DNA from: Candidatus Hermodarchaeota archaeon
GTDB taxonomy: Archaea > Asgardarchaeota > Hermodarchaeia > Hermodarchaeales > Hermodarchaeaceae
Length of the DNA stretch: 64,000 bases
Direction: 5' to 3'
NCBI GenBank assembly: GCA_016839805.1
Contig: JAEOTO010000036.1
Coordinates: 33,008-97,007 of the forward strand
A program made the translations under genes and the position numbers. The notes beneath the pieces are model-generated. The model was not told where the DNA came from. It worked only from the letters and a program-made list of their open reading frames with translations, and searched no databases. Shown here piece by piece: positions 56,338-64,000 of the stretch (the stretch's first letter is position 1; the number at the start of each line of letters is the position of its first letter).

Positions 56338-57114
56338 CTATTTTCCTTTCCATTCGGGTTTTCGTTTTTCTAAGAACGCTTTGAGTCCCTCTGAAGCATC
56401 CTCTGTGTTCTTTAATGCGTCTAGGTAAATCTCTGTGGATTTTTCGATGGCAGCCATGAAGTCAAGGTGCAAGCTCTCGTAAATCGCCCGACGAATGTAT
56501 CGGAGCATTATGGGACTGTACTCTCTTAGTTTGGTAATAAATTCATTGACGGTGTTATCTAATTGGTCAGCAGGCACAGCGTGGTTAATGAGTCCAATCT
56601 GTTCAGCCTTTTCTGCGGAAATGCTATCTCCAGTATAAAGCAGCTCAAAGGTTCGTTTTTGGCCAATCAGGTGATGTATAGCCGCTGCGGCTACTGTGGG
56701 TACTGCACCAACTTGGATTTCTGGTTGACCAAACTTGGCTGAATCAACGGCAATCACCACATCACAAGCGAAGGCTATTTCACATCCTCCACCCAATGCG
56801 GATCCTTGAACAACAGCGATAACGGGTTTATCGACATCAACGATGGCTTCAAAGACATTATTGAATGCCTCTAACGTTTTCGGTGCATATTTTGGGAGGT
56901 GTTGTTCCACATCCACTCCAACTGAAAAGAACCGGTCGCCAGCTGTTTTTAAAAGAATGATATTGGCTTCTCCATTGGTCTTCATCTCCTGAAGCGCCTT
57001 TTGAAGTTCTGTAAGTGTTTTTTGATCAAGAATATTTAAGGGCGGTCGGTTCACCAAAATGGTACATACTCCGTCTGAAACTTCAACCTTGATATTAGAA
57101 TATCTAGAACCCAT
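56338..57114 (-). CDS. enoyl-CoA hydratase (crotonase family)
   Basis: VCTILVNRPPLNIL, GDRFFSVGVDV, GSALGGGCEIAFACD, QPEIQVGAVP. The start is the ATG at 57114, preceded by GGAAGGAG. Confidence 0.85.
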   Translation of the reverse strand: MGSRYSNIKVEVSDGVCTILVNRPPLNILDQKTLTELQKALQEMKTNGEANIILLKTAGDRFFSVGVDVEQHLPKYAPKTLEAFNNVFEAIVDVDKPVIAVVQGSALGGGCEIAFACDVVIAVDSAKFGQPEIQVGAVPTVAAAAIHHLIGQKRTFELLYTGDSISAEKAEQIGLINHAVPADQLDNTVNEFITKLREYSPIMLRYIRRAIYESLHLDFMAAIEKSTEIYLDALKNTEDASEGLKAFLEKRKPEWKGK

Positions 57115-57217
57115 GGTATTGCTCCTTCCAAACACGAGTTCAATAGTTATTATGATATAGAAAGAAAGAGACTTAAGTTTATACTTTCCATATTAGTTAA
57201 TTAGGCTGGCTGAGACA

Positions 57218-58507
57218 ATGATGCTTGACGAATTAGAGGCAGATGGTTTAATTGTTAACTTTAACAAGGTTCAACAAACTAAACCAAAGCATTTACCCAA
57301 AGAAGTACTTATCTGGGATGAAACCCTCCGCGATGGCGAGCAGACACCAGGGACTAGTCTTTTGATTGATGAAAAAATCGAAATCGCAAAGCTAATGGAT
57401 GAGATGGGTATTGCCATTATCAATGTCGGTTTTCCTGCGGTTTCAAAAGATGAACAAGAGGTCGTTCGGCGAATTGCCGCTGAGGGATTCAAACAAGCCA
57501 AAATTTGCGCTCCGGCTCGTGCCATTAAGTCTGATATCGATGTTGCCATCCAATCTGGAGCGGAAGAAGTACCTATCTTCATTGCCTTCAGTAATCTTCA
57601 CTTGAAGTACAAACTTAAGAAAACCCCTGAAGAGGTACTTAACATCGTGACAGACTGTGTTGAATATGCCAAAAAACATGGAGTTATTATCGATTTCGTC
57701 TCTGAAGATACATCTCGCACTAGCATTGATAATACAGTGAAGATCTTCAAAACTGCCATTGAGGCTGGCGCCGATCGAGTCGTTATTACGGATACCGTGG
57801 GCTTTCTGAGACCTGAATCGATGCGATATTTGGTCTCCCAAATCCGCGACCGCCTTTACGAAGAGGTCAAACGAAAAGTTCCCCTCTCGATTCATAACCA
57901 CAATGACTTTGGTTTAGCCACCGCCAACACATTAGCCGCGATTGAAGAGGGTGTCACTGTTCCCCACGTTTGTGTTGCAGGTTTTGGAGAACGTGCTGGC
58001 AATGCTCCCCTCGAAGAAGTTGTGATGGCGTTAGAATTCCTTTATGGTGTTCGAACAGGCATCAAAACTGAACGAATCCAAGAACTTGCCGATCTAGTTA
58101 GCCAGTCGTTTGCCATTCTCCTTCCTGTACATAAAGCGATCACTGGCGAAAACGCTTTTTCACATGAAGCAGGCATCCACGTTCATGGTATCCTCTCTCA
58201 TCGTCTCACTTACGAACCAATCCCCGCTGAAACTGTTGGACGCAAAACAGAGTTCTACTTGGGCAAACACACTGGAAGTCAAATTGTGAAAACAAAACTT
58301 GAACAAAAAAACATTGAGGCCACAGATGAGCAAATCGGACAAATTGTTTTACAAGTTAAAGAGACACACAAACTCAGAGACAAAGTCGAAATGCTACGAC
58401 AATTACAAAGTGCTGCAGAACTCCTTCGAGAAACACGCCTTGGTTTGAAAGAAGATGAGTTCTGGAATATTGTAACCGCCGTTACTGGGAAAAAACCCAA
58501 AAAATGA
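57218..58507 (+). CDS. 2-isopropylmalate / homocitrate / citramalate synthase family enzyme (HMGL-like)
   Basis: IWDETLRDGEQTPG, HNHNDFGLATANTLAAIEEG and GERAGNAPLEEV are present. At 429 aa it lacks a long LeuA regulatory domain. Confidence 0.8.
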   Translation: MMLDELEADGLIVNFNKVQQTKPKHLPKEVLIWDETLRDGEQTPGTSLLIDEKIEIAKLMDEMGIAIINVGFPAVSKDEQEVVRRIAAEGFKQAKICAPARAIKSDIDVAIQSGAEEVPIFIAFSNLHLKYKLKKTPEEVLNIVTDCVEYAKKHGVIIDFVSEDTSRTSIDNTVKIFKTAIEAGADRVVITDTVGFLRPESMRYLVSQIRDRLYEEVKRKVPLSIHNHNDFGLATANTLAAIEEGVTVPHVCVAGFGERAGNAPLEEVVMALEFLYGVRTGIKTERIQELADLVSQSFAILLPVHKAITGENAFSHEAGIHVHGILSHRLTYEPIPAETVGRKTEFYLGKHTGSQIVKTKLEQKNIEATDEQIGQIVLQVKETHKLRDKVEMLRQLQSAAELLRETRLGLKEDEFWNIVTAVTGKKPKK

Positions 58508-58529
58508 TCAAAACCAAATACTGTCAATC

Positions 58530-59198
58530 ATGCGGAAAAACTCTCGCAAAAAGGTGAATGAAATCCCAACAAAAAGAGAGAAGCTCACCAACGCGGCAGT
58601 CAAAAACGTAGCAAATTTAATGGCGGCTGCAGCTACAACCGCACCCAAATCCAAAGGCTTCGATGATCTTACAATTGAAATTGTCTCTGGAGCCACAATT
58701 CAGCAAATTGCAAAAGAAATTCAAAAAATGCGCCAAGAAGACCTCACTAACCAAACATTTTGGTTTTTGGAACCCGACGCTGAAGCCGTAAAGGAAAGTG
58801 CAGCCATTTTCCTCCTAGGTATTCAGGCCAAACGCCCTCCTCTTACGCTTGATTGTCAAGCCTGTGGCTTCGAAACCTGCGCTGATTTTGAAGAAGCCAT
58901 TCGCCAAAATAGAACCACAGCCCTTTGCGCCTTCAAAATTCTAGATTTAGGCATAGCTCTCTCCTCTGCAACAACGGTGGCAGCCCAACACTTCATCGAT
59001 AATCGAATGATGTGGTCCGTCGGCATGGCTGCACAACGATTAGATCTAATAAAAGGCGACATGGTCCTCGGAATCCCTCTCGCCGTAAAGGGCAGTAATC
59101 CCTTCTTTGATCGTTATCTTCGGTTTTTTCTGCAACGCGCCCGTGAGCAAGGAAAGAATCTAACGCAAGTACTCCGCGAACAAGGGTTCAATCTCTAG
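58530..59198 (+). CDS. DUF2148 domain protein
   Basis: AVKNVANLMAAAATTAPKSKGFDDL...LDCQACGFETCADFEEA matches the DUF2148 pattern as I remember it. Confidence 0.55.
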   Translation: MRKNSRKKVNEIPTKREKLTNAAVKNVANLMAAAATTAPKSKGFDDLTIEIVSGATIQQIAKEIQKMRQEDLTNQTFWFLEPDAEAVKESAAIFLLGIQAKRPPLTLDCQACGFETCADFEEAIRQNRTTALCAFKILDLGIALSSATTVAAQHFIDNRMMWSVGMAAQRLDLIKGDMVLGIPLAVKGSNPFFDRYLRFFLQRAREQGKNLTQVLREQGFNL

Positions 59199-59689
59199 AG
59201 AGAACGATCCCACGATTCTTCAAAGTCAGAATTGGTAACCATCTGTCTTAGCATTCGAGTAATTCTGCGCCCCATGGCAGTTGCGACAATAACCCGCGCG
59301 TCTTCCTCTGAATGTTTGATTAGCCCAGTCTTCTCAAGTAAAGAAACATGATGGGTTACCACAGCTGGCGAATCACCGCCCTCTTTTGGTTTTAAGGATT
59401 TGAGATGTTGCCGCAGCGATTTATTCGTACCAAAATCACGGTCAGATAAGAATTCCAGAATGGCCACCCGTGATGGGTGGGTGATTGCCGAAAGTAAATC
59501 TCGAATCCTATGCGTATACCAATTTGTCAAGTGATAGACTCCTTGATTGATATGTCCATAACCATACCAATTCTTTTTATCAACATTGAATATTGGACCA
59601 TTATTATAAAACAGTTTTGCAAAAATTCTTAAGGAATTCCATACCAGTATCGCTCGAAGTTTACACTCCATACTCACAATATGTTTCAT
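59195..59689 (-). CDS. wHTH (ArsR-like) transcriptional regulator, divergent from the BCR-like operon
   Basis: The C-terminal HPSRVAILEFLS...VVTHHVSLLEKTGLIKH is ArsR-like. The ORF track extends to 59986, but that extension overlaps the well-supported N-terminus of the + strand dehydratase-family gene. The likely start is ATG 59689 or ATG 59671. Confidence 0.55.
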   Translation of the reverse strand: MKHIVSMECKLRAILVWNSLRIFAKLFYNNGPIFNVDKKNWYGYGHINQGVYHLTNWYTHRIRDLLSAITHPSRVAILEFLSDRDFGTNKSLRQHLKSLKPKEGGDSPAVVTHHVSLLEKTGLIKHSEEDARVIVATAMGRRITRMLRQMVTNSDFEESWDRSL

Positions 59690-59704
59690 GGCAGGAAGAT
59701 CCCT

Positions 59705-60829
59705 ATGTTTGATAAATTCAAAGAATGGTATGATAATCGTCACGACTATGCACAGGCTTGGAAAAAACGAACGGGTGGAAAAGTACTCGGCTACTTCTGC
59801 ACTTATGTCCCTGAAGAACTCCTTATTGCAGCTGATATCCTTCCCGTTCGCATCCTTGGTAGCCACGAGGCACAGGATGTTACCGAACCTCATATCTTTG
59901 GAATGTTTTGCCCCTTTTGCCGTGACTGCTTGGCTCAAGGTTTGAAAGGTCGATACGATTATCTCAATGGCATCATGATTGCCCAATCATGTCTCCATAT
60001 CCGTCAAACGTATAGTAGCTGGGTTAAACACATTCCACAAGAATTCAGCTATTACCTGTATATGCCCCATGGAGTCCAGACACCGCATGCTTATCCCTAT
60101 TTGCGAGGTGAACTAGCAGTTTTCAAGGAGGCATTGGAGAAGTGGATGGGACGCCCAATTTCGAATAAGAACATAGATCGAGGCATTGAGGTCGTTAACA
60201 AAAATCGCCAATTGATGAAAAAAGTCTATGAGTTTCGGAAACAAGAAAATCCTCCATTAACAGGGCTAGAGGCAATGTACATGGTCGTTTCTAGTCAAAT
60301 GGTCAACAAAGAGGAACATAACCGGGCTCTGGAAGAAGTGCTCAAAGAACTGCCGAACCGGAAACTCAACCGAAACACTGGGACCCGCCTAATGATACTG
60401 GGAAGTGAAGACGATGATACGGAATTTGTGGAAATGTTGGAGTCATTGGATTCTACGCTAGTTGTTGACGACCACTGTACGGGAACTCGCTACTTCTGGA
60501 ACGAAGTTGAACCCCAAGAAGACCGTCTGGCAGCTATAGCTGCCCGATATATCGATCGACCACCCTGTCCGAGTAAAGATTGGCCAGAGCGGAAACGGTT
60601 CCCACATATTTTACAGCTGGTTAAAGATTACAATGTTCAAGGTGCTCTCGTCATCCAACAGAAATTCTGTGATCCCCATGAATTAGACATGCCAGCCCTG
60701 AGAAAAATGCTTGAGGAGAATGGCATTCCAACCTATTTCTTAGAGTTTGATGTGACGGTACCAATTGGACAATTTAAGACTCGTGTTGAAGCGTTTCTGG
60801 AAACGTTTGCATTACCCGACCTATTTTAG
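59705..60829 (+). CDS. benzoyl-CoA reductase / 2-hydroxyacyl-CoA dehydratase family subunit (BcrC/BadD/HgdB-like)
   Basis: MFDKFKEWYDNRHDYAQAWKKRTGGKVLGYFCTYVPEELLIAADILPVRILG is the family-typical N-terminus, and the Cys motif CPFCRDC is present. Confidence 0.85.
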   Translation: MFDKFKEWYDNRHDYAQAWKKRTGGKVLGYFCTYVPEELLIAADILPVRILGSHEAQDVTEPHIFGMFCPFCRDCLAQGLKGRYDYLNGIMIAQSCLHIRQTYSSWVKHIPQEFSYYLYMPHGVQTPHAYPYLRGELAVFKEALEKWMGRPISNKNIDRGIEVVNKNRQLMKKVYEFRKQENPPLTGLEAMYMVVSSQMVNKEEHNRALEEVLKELPNRKLNRNTGTRLMILGSEDDDTEFVEMLESLDSTLVVDDHCTGTRYFWNEVEPQEDRLAAIAARYIDRPPCPSKDWPERKRFPHILQLVKDYNVQGALVIQQKFCDPHELDMPALRKMLEENGIPTYFLEFDVTVPIGQFKTRVEAFLETFALPDLF

Positions 60830-60838
60830 GTGATGAAA

Positions 60839-62137
60839 ATGGTTGAGATAAAATATCAAACTAAACCTTTAGATATCTGGAATGAAGGGAAGGCGCTACG
60901 ACAGCAATATTACGAGAATTATGCCAAAGCCCATGAAAAGGGTGGAATCCGATGGGCTGGCGGAGCCTGGGCCTATAGTGCGGTTCCTGCGGGTCTGGGT
61001 GACGATGTATGGAGTCTAACTGGGGAACCTTATGGGGCTTCAGTTGCGTTCAACAAGGAATTTGCAGCTCGATGCCAAGAAGCCATTGAAGCGAAAGGAT
61101 TTGCCCGGGATTTGTGTGCGTATTTACGGAATTATCTTGGTTCGGTAGTTCTAGACGAATATGTGTTTGGTGGAAAATTTCCTAAACCAGATTTCATGTG
61201 GACGACTCATATTTGTTGTAGTCACGCGAAATGGTATCAAATCGCTAGCGACCTAGAAGGCGGAGTACCATTCTTCTGTATAGATGTAAGCACTGGGCTA
61301 ATTCAAGATTTCAGCGAACGCCGTCGAGACTACGTGGTTAATCAATTGCTAGATGGTATTGATTGGCTCGAGGAGACCACAGGGCGAGATTATGATGATG
61401 AAAAACTTATCCAAGCTGTCTATAACGAATGTGAGGCCACTTCTCTGTGGGCTGAAATCTGTGCTATGAATAAAACCATTCCAGCGCCACTTGATGAAAA
61501 GACGATGTATTCACTCTATGTATTTGGTACCATCATGAAGCATCGTCCCGAGATTGTGGCGTTCTATCGAAAACTTCGTGATGAAGTTCAAGAGCGAGTT
61601 GATAATAAAATCGCCGCAGTGGGAAATGAACATCGACGTGTCATCACGGACACTCAACCCCCATGGGGATTTCTTGAGATTTTCCGATATCTCGAAAAGT
61701 ACGGCGTGGTGTCAGTAGGATCACTTTACACTTTTTCCCTGATTGGTGCGTGGGAAGTGAAGGACGATGGGACCTGGGGTCCTAAAACAACTCCCCAAGA
61801 GCAAGGAATTGATATTACAACCCGAAGGCAAGCACTTGAAATTTTAGCTGATTGGACCCATGCTCGGCCTGAGTGGCAGCACTTCTATTCCGCGCAGGAG
61901 AAAAGTGATATGATGCTTCGCATCGTGCGAGAATGGCAAGTTGATGGCGTTATGTTACATTATAATCGCGGATGTGAAGGTTTGTCGTTAAATATCGCTG
62001 AGAATCGTCTCGCTTTTAAGGAAGCAGGTGTCCCCGTTCTTCCCTTTGAAGGGAATATGGGAGATGAACGAGAGTTCGATTTAGAACGCACGAAGAAGGC
62101 TGTGGATTCCTTCTTAGAATTGTTAGGAGTTAAGTAG
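60839..62137 (+). CDS. benzoyl-CoA reductase / 2-hydroxyacyl-CoA dehydratase family subunit (BcrB/BadE/HgdA-like)
   Basis: About 433 aa from the same superfamily (..DLCAYLRNYLG.., ..HICCSHAKWYQ.., ..VDGVMLHYNRGCEGLS..). The start is the ATG at 60839, after GGTGA + 5 nt. Confidence 0.8.
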   Translation: MVEIKYQTKPLDIWNEGKALRQQYYENYAKAHEKGGIRWAGGAWAYSAVPAGLGDDVWSLTGEPYGASVAFNKEFAARCQEAIEAKGFARDLCAYLRNYLGSVVLDEYVFGGKFPKPDFMWTTHICCSHAKWYQIASDLEGGVPFFCIDVSTGLIQDFSERRRDYVVNQLLDGIDWLEETTGRDYDDEKLIQAVYNECEATSLWAEICAMNKTIPAPLDEKTMYSLYVFGTIMKHRPEIVAFYRKLRDEVQERVDNKIAAVGNEHRRVITDTQPPWGFLEIFRYLEKYGVVSVGSLYTFSLIGAWEVKDDGTWGPKTTPQEQGIDITTRRQALEILADWTHARPEWQHFYSAQEKSDMMLRIVREWQVDGVMLHYNRGCEGLSLNIAENRLAFKEAGVPVLPFEGNMGDEREFDLERTKKAVDSFLELLGVK

Positions 62138-62150
62138 GAGGTAGACAAAT

Positions 62151-62927
62151 TTGATTACTGCGGGAATTGACTTTGGCGCTAGGAATGTGAAAGTTGTCAT
62201 TCTCGAAGATGGAAAAATAGCTGCTCGAGGAACTGCCTTAACGGGATTTGATCTTAAAATTGCAGCCAAAGAAGCCTCTGAGATGGCTCTAAAAGCTGCC
62301 AAGTTGAAGCTCGATGAAATAACCCACATCACAGAAACAGGAATTGGTCAAGGGTCAGTCGAGTTTGCAGCAGATAGTGTTAGCGAAGTAGGAGCGAATG
62401 CAAAAGCAGGGGTTAAGTTGTTACCTTCAGCTCGCACCATAATTGATGTGGGGGCTGAAGAAGCTCGTGCGGTCAAATGTAATGAATCTGGTGCTATGGA
62501 AGACTTTGTAGTGAATGAACGGTGTGCTGCTGGTGCAGGCGCATTTGTTGAAGCCATGTCTCGTGCGCTTGAAGTTGAACTAGAGCAAATGGGTCCTATG
62601 TCCTTGAAAGCCACTGAAGCAGTTCCTATGAATGCTCAATGTACTGTTTTCGCTGAATCTGAGGTAGTATCACTAATTCATGCTCAGACACCAAAAGCGA
62701 ATATCGCCTGTGCAATTCACGACGCTATTGCCGAACGAGTGATTTCAATGGTTCGAAGGTTAGGGATAACGGAAGATGTCTTATTGGTTGGAGGATTAGC
62801 CTATGATGTTGGCTTTGTCGATTCGATGAAGCGTGGATTAGGTGTGGAGGTTCACGTGCCTGAGTTTCCCGAATATGTAAGTGCTTATGGCGCTGCATTG
62901 ATAGCCCGGGAAAGGGCAAAGGAGTGA
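62151..62927 (+). CDS. BcrAD/BadFG/HgdC-type ATPase subunit 1
   Basis: ITAGIDFGARNVKVV, cluster-ligand contexts NERCAAGAGAFVE and QCTVFAESEVVSLI, VGGLAYD. The TTG start follows AGGAGGT + 8 nt. Confidence 0.85.
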   Translation: MITAGIDFGARNVKVVILEDGKIAARGTALTGFDLKIAAKEASEMALKAAKLKLDEITHITETGIGQGSVEFAADSVSEVGANAKAGVKLLPSARTIIDVGAEEARAVKCNESGAMEDFVVNERCAAGAGAFVEAMSRALEVELEQMGPMSLKATEAVPMNAQCTVFAESEVVSLIHAQTPKANIACAIHDAIAERVISMVRRLGITEDVLLVGGLAYDVGFVDSMKRGLGVEVHVPEFPEYVSAYGAALIARERAKE

Positions 62928-62932
62928 TGAAA

Positions 62933-63823
62933 ATGGCAAAGAAGGAATTTTGGAGATGGCCTGAATATCGTCATACAGTTGAGGGCATCGACCCCCAAAA
63001 TGGGAAGGTGATTAGTGGAGGGGTTGACATTGGATCCGTCAGTTCGAAGACTGTGATCATGGTTGATGGAGAAGTGTTTGCACAGAGCGTCATGCGAACT
63101 GGGTCCAGTAGTCCTGATAGTGCGGAGCGGACGATGAACTGGGCTCTTGAAGATACTGGGGTTACTCTTAAAGACATTCATTATGTCGTTGGAACTGGTT
63201 ATGGGCGGGTCAATATTCCCTTTGCCCAAAAGGCGATAACTGAAATCGCTTGTCATGGACGTGGAGCAAGCTTCATGTGGGGACCATCGGTTCGGACTGT
63301 TTTGGATATGGGCGGTCAAGATTGTAAAGCTATCCGTGTCGATGAAAGGGGAAAGGTTCAGAACTTTCTCATGAATGATAAGTGCGCAGCGGGAACCGGT
63401 CGTGGCATGGAAGTGTTTGCAGATCTTCTATCGGTTCCTATCCAAGAAGTCGGAGACCGATCCTTTGCGGTGAAAGAAGAACCGCAAGCCGTTAGTAGTA
63501 CTTGTGTGGTGTTTGCAAAGTCAGAAGCTGTTGGGCTTCTTCGAAGCGGTTGGTCAAAGGATGAGGTTCTCGCAGCATATTGTCAAGCTATGGCACATCG
63601 TGTCGTTGACCTTCTAAATCGTGTAGGCGTCGAAAAAGAATTCGTAATCACTGGTGGAATTGCTAAAAATATCGGGATAGTCAAACGTGTTGAAAAAGAG
63701 CTTGGGATTCAGGCACTCAAACCTGATCAATGGCGTGATGACCCACGATTTGATCCCATGCTGGCAGGGGCTGTAGGGGCTGCACTATTTGCTAAGGTTC
63801 TCTATGAACGATCTCAAGGATAA
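62933..63823 (+). CDS. BcrAD/BadFG/HgdC-type ATPase subunit 2
   Basis: GGVDIGSVSSKTVI, NDKCAAGTGRGMEVF, STCVVFAKSEAVGLL, TGGIAKN. It is distinct from subunit 1. Possible starts are GTG 62924, ATG 62927 and ATG 62933. Confidence 0.85.
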   Translation: MAKKEFWRWPEYRHTVEGIDPQNGKVISGGVDIGSVSSKTVIMVDGEVFAQSVMRTGSSSPDSAERTMNWALEDTGVTLKDIHYVVGTGYGRVNIPFAQKAITEIACHGRGASFMWGPSVRTVLDMGGQDCKAIRVDERGKVQNFLMNDKCAAGTGRGMEVFADLLSVPIQEVGDRSFAVKEEPQAVSSTCVVFAKSEAVGLLRSGWSKDEVLAAYCQAMAHRVVDLLNRVGVEKEFVITGGIAKNIGIVKRVEKELGIQALKPDQWRDDPRFDPMLAGAVGAALFAKVLYERSQG

Positions 63824-63838
63824 TGTTAGTTCATCTAG

Positions 63839-64000
63839 GTGAAATTGTTGATAGCAAATTACGGATACAAGGATGGTTCTGGGGAATATTTCATAACTTT
63901 GGATACAGACAAATGTGATGGGTGCGGGAAATGCGTTGAGGTCTGTCCTGCATCGGTATTAGAAGTAATCCCAAATGAGTTCGATATCGAAGATGGCAAT
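63839..64000 (+). CDS. 4Fe-4S ferredoxin, 5-prime part (truncated by the window end)
   Basis: The GTG at 63839 opens VKLLIANYGYKDGSGEYFITLDTDKCDGCGKCVEVCPASVLEV.., which contains a CxxCxxCxxxCP motif. The frame stays open to the window end. Confidence 0.65.
   Translation, partial: MKLLIANYGYKDGSGEYFITLDTDKCDGCGKCVEVCPASVLEVIPNEFDIEDGN

Noticed and set aside
59690-59986. N-terminal 99 codons of the minus-strand ORF 59195-59986
   Set aside because: This part overlaps the conserved N-terminus of the + strand BcrC/HgdB-like gene and has no recognisable features. The ArsR-like domain is entirely downstream of the internal ATG codons at 59689 and 59671.
1-64000. CRISPR arrays, IS elements or transposases, integrases, prophage genes, rRNA and tRNA genes
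   Set aside because: I looked for regularly spaced direct repeats, terminal inverted repeats flanking transposase-like ORFs, and conserved RNA motifs, and found none. The only duplications seen are the old paralog pairs and the 41.6-kb pseudogene.

Overview
This is a gene-dense 64-kb chromosomal window with about 60 protein genes. I recognised no rRNA, tRNA, CRISPR array, IS element or integrase. The content points to an archaeon, most likely of the Asgard group. It carries archaeal sn-glycerol-1-phosphate dehydrogenase and an archaeal/eukaryote-type ProRS. These sit alongside three eukaryote-like proteins: a two-domain gelsolin-like protein (32847-33452), a Zn-ribbon/vWA/beta-sandwich protein with Sec23/24-like domain order (11582-13186), and a longin/roadblock-like domain fused to a polytopic membrane domain (20703-21788). 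Bases 1-36 kb hold mixed housekeeping and accessory genes: ProRS, OPT transporter, PiT/DUF47, TldD/PmbA, a 1218-aa surface glycoprotein candidate, peroxiredoxin, tdh and kbl, radical SAM, USP and PfkB kinase. Bases 42-64 kb form an anaerobic acyl-CoA catabolic island. It contains three crotonases, two thiolase/DUF35 pairs, an AMP-forming CoA ligase, Hbd, an LLM oxidoreductase, an ADH, an AorABC-like tungsten aldehyde oxidoreductase set with a MoaD-like protein, and a four-subunit benzoyl-CoA-reductase-like / 2-hydroxyacyl-CoA-dehydratase-like operon with a ferredoxin and a divergent wHTH regulator. The most unusual locus is 37.5-41.9 kb on the minus strand. It holds two translationally coupled pairs (order B-A-B-A) of paralogous ~250-aa proteins, each about 170 aa of coiled coil ending in a winged-helix domain. 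A small basic helical protein and a decayed duplicate of its gene lie upstream, and an orphan beta-class DNA methyltransferase lies 60 nt downstream. I could not assign these four proteins to any family I recognise. Other unexplained stretches are a ~1-kb non-coding region with GC-rich inverted repeats (906-1958) and a ~450-bp strongly AT-rich island (33453-33905). Many ORF-track starts look over-extended, so I moved starts where a Shine-Dalgarno-like GGTGA/GGAGG motif and family-typical N-termini supported it. All functional calls come from motif and architecture recognition by eye, not from database searches.
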